A stretch of 64,000 nt of DNA from the human T2T-CHM13v2.0 reference genome, Homo sapiens. The notes below the pieces were generated by a model. That model saw only the letters and a list, made by a program, of their open reading frames with translations. It made no database searches and was not told where the DNA came from. This document shows positions 37,061 through 59,482 of the stretch, piece after piece; the stretch's first letter is position 1; each line of letters begins with the position of its first letter. Position numbers and translations under genes: made by a program. Location: the NCBI RefSeq assembly GCF_009914755.1, contig NC_060929.1; one strand, 5' to 3'.

Positions 37061-39719
37061 TACGTTGAATTTCATATCATCTTTCCCTATGACTAACACC
37101 ACTCCACAGTGATGTATTATTTAGATTTGAGGTAGCACTTTTTAAAAATGGTCTATACCACATGATTCACATTGGTGTATAAATGTGCTTAAGTATGTGT
37201 GTGTATATATGTGTATTGTATATTATCTGTAACTAATATATATGCATGTGCCAACCCTACAAGAAAAGCATATATTTTATGTTAATGAACATATTTTATA
37301 AAGCGCACATAACACTTTTTCAGACAGAGGAGTAACTAAGAAAAGTCTTCTACATTTGCTTAAAGTTTGGTCCCACCATTCTATGTCTGTCTTTTGAAAT
37401 CTTTTGACAACCTAGATGCTCTCTAAAATATAAATAAGATTTGGGTGATAGGCATCAATAATTAAGCAATATCACTTTTAGGTAAAACTGTGGTAGAAGG
37501 CGAAATAAGGTAAAAAATCAAACTAGTGTGGATTTCCCAGGTGACATATATACAGGTCTCTGTTGTTTCCCAGTAATTCTTCCCCAAAACAAACCCAAAT
37601 CATTACTAATCACCATCTATGCTATTTCTACCAGTATAACAAAAAATGCTACATTGTTAAATCCTTCAGGCTGAAGCCACACATTATTCATATTTCTATC
37701 ATCAAGGAAATAGAACGTAGTAATGCTTAGTAAATAGTTATAGGGAGAGTAAATGAGAATCTACATTGATTTATCTTCTTACACTGATCTAGATATGTCT
37801 GAGTCAATACATAACAGCTAATAATGTAATTTCTATTATTTCACAAATTCTACCAGAAGTTGTGCGGCAATAATAATTACTTTGCCAAAGCTATGAACAT
37901 TGTACAGGAAATCTGTTCCATGGTTACAGGGCTACACAGCTCACTTTAATCATTTTTGTCAAGGGAAACTAAGCAAGAGGATATAGGTGGCTTTTCTTTT
38001 CAATCATCCCTGTGAGGAAAAAAAAAACAATGAAATCGTGTGTCATCTACATTTGTGAAAATACCACATTAAGCCAAAACAGGGAGAGAGGATCTTACTG
38101 TTTAGATTTATTTTTTAAAAAGGAGATGACTATGGTGTGCTGGAAAATATATGGATGAGGAGGAAAAATAAAGTGAAGATGCAAAATTTAGAGTTTATGG
38201 TCAAAATTAAGCAATGACAGAACGTCCTCAGTATTATCAATAAGTGTTTAGAAAATGGCTATAAGATACTTCAGATAATATGATATTGTCATAGGACAAT
38301 ATTGTCTAATTTTAAAATTAGAATATGTTTAGAAATGTGGTGAAGTACATCTTCTCTGTGTTTAAGTGATATAAGCATATGGAATATAGAATACTAGGGC
38401 TTACAAGCATGTTCTGATTGCACTAAAATAAAGAGCCATTGAAATAAAAATGCATTATTTACTCCTTATTTCCAGTTCAAAACAAGATAATCTTCCATAT
38501 CCTCACCACCAGGTGGATTCTGGAAGATAATTATTTTGCACACTCAGTTCAGGTTCTTGATTCCAATGCAGGAGGTTACTGCAGGTTTTAGAGCAAATGA
38601 GAGCCAAAATACATAAACTTTATTGTTATTGTTGCTCATTTGACATATCCCAAATGAATGGGCATTGGCCATTCAGATGGAAAACAAAAGCCTGTTTATC
38701 AGCTGGTTAATTGCACTCAAATATGAAATAAGATTTCCAGCAGTGAAGCTCTCTCACATTTCTATTTCTCACCTGAATGATAAACTATCTGTGAACAGAA
38801 CCATTTCCAACATCGAAGTGTTTATCATAATGAGGCACATCTGCCACAGGTGAATACTGACCTTTCAACTTTGGTCAGCACCCTGACAGCAGGTGCAGTC
38901 ATAGGAAAGGAGGATGGAGGCAAGTTTCCTGGCATTGTCATCTTCCTCGTATTTGTTTGGCTTAACTTGGAAATGAGGAAATAACTAAGTAAAGCCAGAA
39001 CACTGAAAATATTCCTTACACAATGTGTCTAGTGAATGCTTTTACTTCCTAACAAATTTTCTGGGTTGGGGAAGACTGGAATTTTGTTGTAGTTAATATA
39101 TTTTATTAGCAATTTATTTGTTTTTCAAACAGTAGTTGGACAGGATTATTCATTGTATCATTTTTAAAATGGTACAGATACTTAACTGAGCCTGCCTGAT
39201 ATCTGCTGCATCACTCAAGAATCACTGATTCTTACTTTACCAGTGGGAAGATATTAAATATAGGGCCACATCGTTCCTCTGTGGAGCTTTTGGACAGGCT
39301 GGATGATCAACAAAGGGGATATTTTTTAAAGGCCGGGATAGTACGCTCCTCTGTACCAGTGGAGAAGACTTAACTCTGATACTATAACTATAACTTACTG
39401 AATACCTTTAATCATGTACTATAGTAAGAGCATTATTACATGTATTCTTTGTTAATGTGTGAACTTTCCAGTTTGTGCAGTCTCCGTGCACAAGTCTCAT
39501 TAAGGCAGCCTTCTAGAATGAGTGCTGCTTACCTGGTTTTGACTTACGGGCATCAGAATAATGACAGCATTCATGGACCACATGTAACCCAGTCATATGA
39601 TTTCAGTAAATAATACCACCTCTGTCTCCATCCCTCTTTTTCTCCAGCTAATACCTGACCTTCTACTTGTCCAAGGCATTATTGAATCCTGCTGAAAAAG
39701 TAGCATAAGAGATTTTCCT

Positions 39720-40016
<297 letters not shown>

Positions 40017-40184
40017 CTAATAATCTAATTAAAGTTTAATAAATAGATGGCTGCTCCTCATTTATGCTTCCTCATAATGACCCCCCCAACAATTTTCTTT
40101 TTGGAAATCCGCTCTCTTTCCTCATGTGTGTGAATTCCATGCCTCTCCCTTCCTTTTAGAAAAGCAAGTGGGGGCTTTTCTAAA

Positions 40185-40430
<246 letters not shown>

Positions 40431-40539
40431 AGAAAAGCAAAGGGGTCAAATCATTTTTTCTCCCCAGGCCACTAGTAGAGGTTTTATCTGTGGCCTCAAT
40501 CTACCATTCGGGTCCTCGTTTTTAAGATATTAAAAGGAA

Positions 40540-40795
40540 TTTGAGTGACTCAGGAACAGCCATCACCATGATGATGTTCTCACCTCTGTTCTAGCTATTG
40601 GATTGTTACTGTGATTTCTGCTACAAAATCCTATCCTTCCCGAATTCTCTTGAATCATGGTCTGAAGCCTCATCTACCAACTTAATTTTATGAGCCCTCA
40701 CCCCTACCCTGATATTCTTCCAATAAGTTTCCTTTCACTTTTGTTAACCAGAGTTGGTTTCTGTTGCTTGCAAGGAAGAAACATTATGATGCATA
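40540..40795 (+). mobile_element. Ancient ERVL/MaLR LTR 3' part (LTR33 or MLT1-like)
   Basis: TTCCAATAAGTTTCCTTT..CCAGAGTTGGTTTCTGTTGCTTGCAA is a typical terminus. Confidence 0.6.
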
Positions 40796-40936
40796 AAGTG
40801 TGTAATTATGAAAGATAGTTTATAATTAAGATAATGTATGTAATATTGGGAGTGAAACAGACAAAAATACCAGTACTAAAGAAAAAGGAAATGATGGTGG
40901 TCTCAGCTAATCAGTAAAAGAAACTAGAGACAGTGA

Positions 40937-41332
<396 letters not shown>

Positions 41333-42703
41333 TGAATAAGAACTTTCTAAGCAGAGAAAAGGGGCAATTGTAGTCAGGGAACAATGAATGCATCAACTTC
41401 TATGGAGTGGGGATTATCTCAGAGTGGTCTTTGCACCACACACATTTGCTTAGTATCTTCAACTGTTGGACACTCAGGAACATGGAGATTGATAAGATCA
41501 GATACCTGCCCTTGCTCTTTAAACAGAGGGGGATACACTTGGAGTGTGTTAAAAATGATTTTTGACCACTGCCCTAACTCTGTTCTGTGGAAAAATAGCA
41601 TCTTCTCCAAAGTGAATTTTTAGTGTTACCAGTGTATTATTTACAGGTAGAAAAAGGAAAATAAATGCTAGACTTAACTAAATGCATTTAAAATTGTAAT
41701 GAGCAGACGCTTGAAACCTTCAAGGGTAGCACTCCATGAAAATTGTGAGAATTTCTAGCTTCAATTGATTCTCACTTTAACACTTTGAGTAAGTGTAAAA
41801 CCATTTGTAAAAAATATATATATATAACCTATATGCAAAGTAAAACTTAATCTTACAATTGTGATTGCTTCACATACTTCTCTGAAAAATCCTTACTCAT
41901 AACTCTGCTTCTTTCTGACAGATTTTAGCTAGAATTTTTGTCATTTTTTCTATTTAGGGCACAGGTAAAGCAATGATGATTTCTATAGGCCATCTTAATG
42001 TTAACACCATTTACATCTTCTTTTTATATTTTACTATACTATTGGTATTTAAATTCCTCTTGCTGTAAATAGTGATTTTCTACTCCATAATCAAACTGAA
42101 CTTTTCCACTGTAGGGACAAGGATGGCAAACAGTCATATGTAGCATAGTGAACAACTTCCCTGCCTGACATAATCAAGAAGATGTACTTGTTTAACCATC
42201 TCATGAGTAGAAGTCTAGACTACCCACATAGACTACCCATATACGATCCAAAGGGTGCTGATCAGGAGGAACTGTTCCATTTCACCTTAACTTTGAAAAA
42301 CTGTCAATGTTGATTTGTGTGTGTGTGTATGTGTGTTTGAAATAAAGCAATGATGGCTCTCTGAATATAACACTGTTTATTTAATTAAACTTTTACAGTT
42401 CACATTTAGGTTGGTTCCCTTTTAACTACCTGGGTTATTTGATTATTTATCTTTTATGAATTCCAACCAGCAGAATTACTAGTATATATACATGTTCAAG
42501 GCTTTTAACCTGTAGAGAATGTTAGCTTTTTTTCTTGTCAGAATATTTGTACCAATTTATATTTAATATAGTACTGCATAAGCTACTGCTACACTGTCTT
42601 TTGAACTTGAGTCCTGGAGCCCAGGGGAAGGAGGAACATGAGTGGGTCATTTTAGTTGTTGCAGGAATGTCTAATCTGAATTTCCATTTATCAATCAGAA
42701 AAG

Positions 42704-42704
<1 letters not shown>

Positions 42705-42746
<42 letters not shown>

Positions 42747-42953
42747 TTTTGATACAGGGCCTCACTCTGTTGCCCAGGCTGAAGCGCAGTGGCATGGTCA
42801 CGGCTCATTGCAGTCTCGACCTCCCAGGCTCAAGTGATTCTCCCATTTCAGGCTCCTGAGTACCCAGGACTACAGGCACACACCACCACACACAGCTGAT
42901 TTTTGTATTTTTTTTTTTTTGTAGAGGCAGAGTTTTGCCACGTTGTCAAGGCT
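42705..42953 (-). mobile_element. 5'-truncated AluJ with (TTTA)n tail
   Basis: GCAGTCTCGACCTCCCAGGCTCAAG..TTTTGCCACGTTG. TSD AGAAAAGT at 42697-42704 and 42954-42961. Confidence 0.92.
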
Positions 42954-43060
42954 AGAAAAGTGGTTTTTTTTAGTTTAAATTGCAAGACTTTTAAATCTCT
43001 ATTTCTCAGTATTTCTTATAAGATAAAACCTCTCCTTTGTAAAATTTATTTTTAAAATGT

Positions 43061-51005
<7,945 letters not shown>

Positions 51006-51873
51006 TATTATTTATAAAATGTAAATAATATCAATACAGAAGAATAGACTTTCCTAAAATATCATCACAGAATTTTACTTCCACCATGAGGTTCTCCATT
51101 CCGTATGTATCCATCTCTATCTGTCTATCTACCTACCTACCTATCCCTATAAAGGGAAGGTCAGGGTTTGAACGTTTTACCCCTATATTCATCCTCATAT
51201 CTGTGTCTTTGCTCATTTCATTCCTCTTCCACCATGCTCTTCCTCCTTTCCCAGACCTATTCTTAACTTCCCATTCTTCTATCCAGAGGACAAACCTCAC
51301 CCCTGCCTTGCTGCCTCTCTATCTGGCTCATAGTAATCATTTCTCCGCTTCTTATCCCTGACACTGCATCGTTACAACCTAGAGGATAAATATTGGCTAA
51401 GATACAGTTACTAATGCATTTAAGCTTAATTGCTTTTAGAAGGAAAGCATTTATTACCTACTATTTAAGAATGATGATCAGCTGAGTATTTCATCCCTTC
51501 TGACCACATTGTTCTTTGTTATTAGAAAAAGAAATTATCAGTCTTCATAGATATAACTAGCTCATAAAATAATTATCTTTCAGAAAATGTGTAAAACTTG
51601 CTGTCATCACATGATGATGGTGATCTACTTAGATTTCTGTATTTTTAAGACCCTGAATTTTTCCTTGAACCCTCATCAGGAGTTGTCAAGATGTGACTGA
51701 CCCATATGTCATTATTTTTCAAAATAATTGGGATTCCCTCAACTGTATAGTAGGTCTTGTTAAATATAAATGAAATGCAGAATTATATATCTTCATTTTG
51801 AAAAGTCTCTAGTATGAAACAGTATTATTCCCAACGTAACTCTTCCTACTTTCTCACTATCATTCCACCACAG

Positions 51874-51905
51874 ACACACACACACACACACACCCCTACA
51901 CACAC
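51874..51905. repeat. Imperfect (CA)n
   Basis: Directly visible. Confidence 0.8.
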
Positions 51906-52464
51906 ATCCCTATACACAAACACATTCCACAAAAAAAAACCCCATCAGTTTAAAAATAACAATTATTCTCTTTTCATTACAAAATATTTTCATGCAACTA
52001 CTCAATAGCAAACTTGGATTTTTGATCATTTGATCCCGTCTCAAAAACACACTCTTTAAATGTGCATAGATTTAATTTTATTTATTAGAAGTTAGCCTCC
52101 AATTTCTTCTCAAATGAAACCTTTTCCTCATATCACTGTCATATTTAATTTTCATACCCGTGTATTTTCTATTAACCAAAAGTAATAGTAGACTATAATC
52201 CTGAAGTTTAAAACAATTTTATCTGTGACTTTCAAGTTTAGTTTCTGTAAACCTGTCAATATCAATTATAACAGGAAGATTTTTTAATTACTGTTTTCCC
52301 CAGGAGATTTTTTTTATGAGAACCATCATAAATAAGAGGTAGAAACAGAATTACTACAAATAAGTACAAATAATTACAACTACTATATGAAAACATTTTC
52401 AGGTGTTAGACATAATCATTTCTGCTTGAGCTCCTGAAATAAACACTCAGATGAAGCATTTTAA

Positions 52465-52892
<428 letters not shown>

Positions 52893-52955
52893 TACAAATT
52901 AATTTCTCGAAGACTAAGATGACTGTTTCCTATCAAGTACTTTTAATTTCCAAAC

Positions 52956-53115
52956 TTTAAAAGTAGGAACATGAGAGAATTCTGTGTATTTCACTGTTAA
53001 ATATGAACAAATTATTGTACATATGAGATAATTCTGTGTATTTCACTGTTAATGTGAAAAAGCTATTGTTCATGTTTAACAGTGAAATAGAATTCTGTCA
53101 TGTTCCTACTTTAAA
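52956..53115. repeat. Inverted repeat (~50-bp arms) with an internal 30-bp direct duplication
   Basis: 52956-53010 pairs with 53066-53115, and 52971-53000 recurs at 53023-53052. Confidence 0.92.
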
Positions 53116-56100
53116 CATTTATTTTTCCTTTACAGCAAGGAAAAGGAAAAAAAGATATAACTTACTCCTGTTTTTTTTTAATTCATTTCAGTTACACACT
53201 TTCCCTTCTTAATTTCTCTCAAAAGGCTTAGAACATTTAGTAACACCTGCTGGGGTGATACCTCCAGCGGCACTTCCCCAGAATAGTGCCATGTGTTTGC
53301 AGTGATACAGATTACTGTCTCTATACTCTTCTAATCACCTGATTATATCTGACATCAGAAGGCTGGCGACAATGAACTTTCTTCATGCCCACCGTGGTAA
53401 GATGTAGAAACTTGGGGCTCTGTGAAGTTGTGTCTCTTACCCAGCCCAGTGGAACTCAGAATAGAATCTTTGTCCTACTACAGATGGTCAACAGACTGGA
53501 GTGTGCCAGTAATCTGAGAAGAGGCCAAACTTATTTTAATTACAAATTACTCCATCACTCCACATTTATCTCTCTGTACCTGTAGTAAATGCAACAGACA
53601 AGTTAATATACATTATTTAAATAGCCATCAAAACCTTTCCTGCTTCAGCACTCTCCACCTTTCTCTGGAAACCCTGTAGGTTTGTAGGGATTTATAACTG
53701 CAAGTGCCTGAAGTCAAGTTTCAGTTCTAGCAAATGTGGGGTAGAACAAGCTGATCAGACATTGGAACAACAAAGACAGGAGGATTAAGGCAGTCTGCAA
53801 GGATGAAAGTATAAAGAGATCTTGGGGGAAAATAGCTTGAGAAGAGCCTTTTAAAAATCAAACAGAAAAACTCTCATCAGTTGGTTCTTATTTCTTTTTT
53901 AAAAATGTAGCAACATGTGCAAGGAGTTTTATATATCAAGTTATATCTCTCATTCTTAAAAAAAGAATTAAAAGGCAAGCAGTTTAATAACCCTTCAGCA
54001 TTTTCCCCAAAGTTATTTAGCATTCTTGTCATTAGAAAAACAATAATTTCAGAACATTTTCCAGGAAAAATACACAGAACTGGAAGGAAATGCATGTGCC
54101 CATGTGGAAATACTTAAGTTCTTCTCCCATATTGAACCTGTCTGCGCATTCATAGAGAACTTATGACATATTTCCTTGTTATGTATACACTTTTTTTGTT
54201 CAACAATGCCAAAAAGTGATAACTTGGAGACTGAGAATTAGACTGACAGTCACCTGTCATTCATTGTCCTTTATTCTGACAACTTCAGGCATTCAGGCAT
54301 GGATTTATGGGTATTTCGCCCCTTTCTCTTTATTTTTAAAGGGGTTGGGGGATGGGGGAGAATATCACAGGATTCAGTTCTGAATAGACTTTTGTTTTGC
54401 TCTTTCTTTTACCTCTTGACTGTGTCAAATGCAGTGTGTCTCCCATGCAGTTTCTCTCTTTAGAGAGCCTTGGCTTGGCCAGCTAGTTAGTATTCAGAGA
54501 CAAGGCAAAGAGGATAAAATTCTTCTCTCTGCTTGCTGAGACTGCAAATAAGCAATTAGACTAAAAGCAATGTATTGGAGAAAGAAGGACATTGCAGATA
54601 TCATTGTTGACTGGAACCTGCCAATAGAACTTTAAAATTATAAAAACTTCATAGCAGGGAGAAATAGTCACTTAGAGGCATGTAAGTTGGTTAAGACACT
54701 AAGTCAGTATTTGCTACAGACATTTCTTCAGTGTAATGTATTCTGTGAACTGTAAAATTTTCCATTTAATCCTGTTTCCTTATTATACTGAGAAACAAAT
54801 GGGGGAAATTAGCAATGGTGATAGAAAATTCAACCTTTTTATTGTATAGCATGTTATGAAAACATTTTCTAGATTGGCATGTTACTCCCATTTTCATTTG
54901 AGCTCACTTTAAAGGATTGTAATGGAAGGCTGAAGGTTACAAACTGTTTTATGTCTGACCAAGCAATATCATGTAGCTCTGCTGCATAGTTCTATGAAAG
55001 GTTTAAAACAATATATGCCAGCCATTTTCTGGTTATCAGTGATGGTATGTGAGCTAGTTCTTAAAACTCTTCTTATTCCCTTCTTTAATATAGGTATTCT
55101 ATGCTGGGTTCTAGTGATTGATGCACTTCCCTTGCAATGCACAAATGCATTACTCTGTTAGTAAAACTGGGATTACCTAATTCCATTATGTAATAGATAG
55201 GTTAGTCTCATGTATGCCTTCAAGATTGCCCAATTGATGGGAAGAGGCATGTAGACCTTCTTGATTAGATATCCATTCCTTTTCCTCTTCCCACCCCCAT
55301 CCTTCAAAACCACGTTTCCCAAAAGTTGAGAAATGCTAGCCTGATGAATTTATTTTTACACATTCTAAGCCAGGAAAAAGAAAGGAATCTGGATTATTGA
55401 CATTCTTTACCGGAACTACAGTAGACTAGAGTTAGCAGAAAAAACTGCTAATCATCACAGTTTTCGTGTTGGAAGCAATTTGCCTATAATTAGTAAGTTG
55501 ATAAATACCAACAAAATGGGTGCTAAAACGAACAACTCTTGTGCTGAGAGACATTTGACTCTACATTACACTTTGCATTTTTATATATGCAGCATTACAT
55601 TTTGTTACAAAGAGCGACAACTTTAGTGGCAGCTGAAGCACTCTAATCTGTCTTCTGAAGAAAAGCAGACATACATCTTAATATAACAACTTCTTTTATA
55701 AAACGTATCTGTTTTTTCAAGGAATAAGCAATGCATGGATAAGAAAAGAAGTTGGTCTTTTATTTATTTTATATAAAATGGTAACAGATGATGGAGGGCT
55801 TGTTTTGCTAGATAAGAAAATGCTATCGCACATAAGATTAAATGGTACCAGTGACTTAGGGTATATTCTTCATTGGTAATACCAAATTCACATTTGTTTG
55901 CAGATATTTGTGTTCTGCATTTCATATAAAACAGCTATTTTACTAAATGTCTATCTCCATATAAAATCAAACCCATGACCATTTTTGTTTAAGTCAAACA
56001 AGGAAATGCATCTGGTGTGCTAAAAAGTGAGACAAACATTTTATTCAAACAAACAAGATATAATATATTTTATCTTTGAAACCAAACATATTTAAATATA

Positions 56101-59100
56101 TGAAATGTTTTAATAAATGCTAGCTTTTGTAAGGGTCTAAATCATAATAGATGCTTTGTACATAATAAATAAAAGAATATGATGGCTTTATCAGTGGTAT
56201 ACTGAAATTCTTGTTCTTTCATAGCTAGCAGAAAACATAATTTCACAGCAAATTCAATCTGTACAATCTGATAGAACAAAAGAGGTTATCCCAAGATAGA
56301 AATAGTGAGGGTAAAAAGAAACTTCTTTGTGTGAATGTGGTAGAAAAGACTACATCTTTCTAGTGCTTTTTAAATGGTAACTAGTATTTATAGTCAATTT
56401 CAGGAGCATCCTTATCTACAGCCCCTTTATTGGTAACTTGATTAGCAGATGTGGGTATCAGAGAACTTGCAGTGTCGTTATACTACAGACCACGTGGTGA
56501 ATGGATTGATTACCTCTTATCAAGTAACTTCTAATATAATTTTTGATACCTTTGATTTATTTTTTTCTTTCCCATTAAACAGTACTTCTTTGGTATTCCC
56601 AAATACTGGATCAGACAGTAAGAAATGTCCACAGGAAAGTAAATACATGTTTTTCTTCCCCTCTTCAGAATATTCTACAGTGGGTGGTAAAATAATTAAG
56701 CCATTTCAAAGTCATGTAAAGTATCCCAGATATGTCAGAGGAAGAAGAGGCTGCAATTTATTATTTTTCTGCAATAAATCAACATGAAAGAGAACATTTT
56801 AAAGGACCAAGTAGCTTTGTTTTCATTTACAGTTCATATCAATAATTTTATACCATGAGCACTTTGCCTGTTTGAGATGTGTCTTCCATCAGGAACAGCT
56901 TGATTATTATGAAATAAAAAAGCAAACATTTTGAGGAAGCATATGTTGCAGTTATTTGTGAAGTATGTGTTTCATCTCATTTATCATTATTATTATTATT
57001 ACTATTCATCCTAGTTGAAACTTGGGCTTCAATTCATGGGGTATATATGCTTTTAATGATGATTTATGTATAAGATTGAATCAAAATTCATTTTGTACAT
57101 GTAAATTCTTCACAGTTTAGTATTGTACTAACAAAACAAAGTATTTTCATATCTTCGGAAAAGCTTTTCCAAGATCGAGAATAATACATTTACAGACAGT
57201 CTGAGATTAAAGAGGGAAGCTATGCAGCTTGACCTGGTCAATTTTGCTGTCATTTTTCTTGGCCAGTATTATTTAATTTATTTCTTTCAACATATAACTC
57301 CATTTAAGAGATCCCAACATTTTGCAAGTGTCATATAACCTATCTCCTTGGAATATTTCTTTCTTTCTAAAACAAAGTTGTATATAGTGAGCTGCAAGAG
57401 CCTTTCTTTGTGCTTGGTTTCTTCCCAACCATTTTCCATTCAAAAACAATGCTGACATATGCATGAAATGACAAATAGCATTAGTGTAATAAAGGAGATA
57501 CACCAAACCTAAAGCACAGTCATACATTAAATTGCTTCTAAAAATACTGACCTAAGCACCTCTATGAGTTGTTATAAGTAAAATTTGAAGGAAAAAAAAA
57601 AGACATTTGGAAGTGAGATGTGCTCTCCTTTGTAGCCTACATAATTGCTGGCTTGCCATCATATTTGCTTGAGATGCCTTTGTCAGATATTATTTCATGT
57701 CTCTTTGTCAAAAGGGGAGGTTTTGAAGCCTTTTTTCTCCATCTGGAAGACTGCTGTCAGGGCTCAGACCAAGCCTCCCAGGGCTAGAGCACTGTGTCCA
57801 AAAAGCTTTTGGTAAAAAGCCTTTAAGCAGTGCAGCCCCTCATTTCCACTCACCAGATCAACACATATGTTTTATCAAAAGAAAAATTCTAACATTTCAA
57901 CATAAGTTTCAAACACCAGAACTGTAACTTAGTGACAATTTTTCATTAAGACCTAGTGTTGAATAACTCTTAGCATACAGAATTACCCATGCCGAATGTA
58001 ATCTAATACAACAGTTATGTCATCTTCCTTGTTAAGTGGTGATTTTCTAGAATTTGATGATTTACAAGGCTATTCTAAAAATGGTTGACATCTCTAAGTA
58101 GATGGTTTTCCAACACACAGTAATACTCTATAGGATAAGATGGAGTTAAAAACAAATTCATTTTTCATTCATTTACTTCTTCCAGAGAAATTCAGTATAA
58201 AGATCATGGTAAAGCTTATCATATCAGCAATCAAAAACAGGAAAAGAAAGTAATTGTAGGACATACAATAACAGAACTATTTTCTGCACAGATCCAACTA
58301 TGTGGAGAACTGTTCAATTAGGACCCACAGTTACTTTTAATGACAGTTGTTGTGGAATAAGTGGAAACATCTGTTACCACGAACCACCACAGTGGCTACA
58401 CATGAAAAAACAGTTCTCTGTTCTATTGATTGGGACTGGTCTTTGTGGAATATTCTTATTAGTATGCTTAGAACAACCATGCAGATCTCTAAGCCAAATT
58501 AATTATTCTTGGCATTCCCAAGAAATGATCCTACAGTCATTTTTTAACCAAAGGCAGGGAGCAGGGGAACCCTTCTCTGTGCATATTTTATGATGGTTCC
58601 TCATGCCTAATTGTCCTACTGTATGTTGCCCTATTTTACCAGCTACAGTCTGAATTCATTCCCATCCTCTCCTTAAAAGTTTGAAACCCCCTAGTGACAG
58701 GAATATTAATGTGCCAACACTGTCATATCTATTTCAGCTCATACATATGCAATGTCTTTGTTTTCAAAGATTTATGTCAGACTTTGCTGAAGTGAGGTAT
58801 TCTACCATTTTAGATAATAGCATGCCAAAGTGATGTTATCAGCCACATTCAGCACTCACTCAAGCAAACGGGAGGAGCATCCTTCCTTCATGGCTTAAAC
58901 TCATAGAAACTGTTATTTATCCTTTTTGATGAGAAAATCTTTCAGGGGGAAATGGTGTATTTTTAGAAGAAGATTATGGCCATCCTGTGGATTATCTTTT
59001 AATTAAGAATGGATGATTTGTGCCCACTCTGCTGTAGCAAACGTCTTGCTGCTAACGAAGTTTAAAAAGACTTACTTTATTTAATTACAGCTAATCACCA

Positions 59101-59389
59101 GGGTAAAATGTGGAATTTTCTTTGATCCTACAAGTAGTGTGGTAATCCCCATGGCAGATAGCATCTCCTCAAAATGTTTTGAGTTTTTCAGCCGGTCACA
59201 ACTTGGCAAAAGGTGGAACAACCTTACTCTAAAGAATTTCTTTCACTCCCTCTGTAGTTGCCTACCCTGGCATAAAAAATACATGAAATTTTCTTACAAG
59301 CTGAGATGGTCCCTGAGACAGAAAGCATTGAAATATTCAAATATTTGAATATTTTACTTTGTTCAGCATTCAGAACAGGGTTCTTTACT

Positions 59390-59482
59390 CTTGTTCAATG
59401 ATTCAATTTAACCAACATTATTGGACACTCTCAATGTGCCAAATGCTGTTCCAGGCACTAGGAATGGAGAGGTGAAGAGAAT
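59390..59482 (-). mobile_element. L2 3' end
   Basis: ATTCAATTTAACCAACATTATTGGACACTCTCAATGTGCCAAATGCTGTTCCAGGCACTAGGAAT. Confidence 0.7.

Noticed and set aside
39340-39400. TAACTATAAC resembling an rRNA homing-endonuclease site or a small-RNA relic
   Set aside because: Only about 10 nt match, explained by a local ACTATA duplication, with no flanking rRNA similarity.
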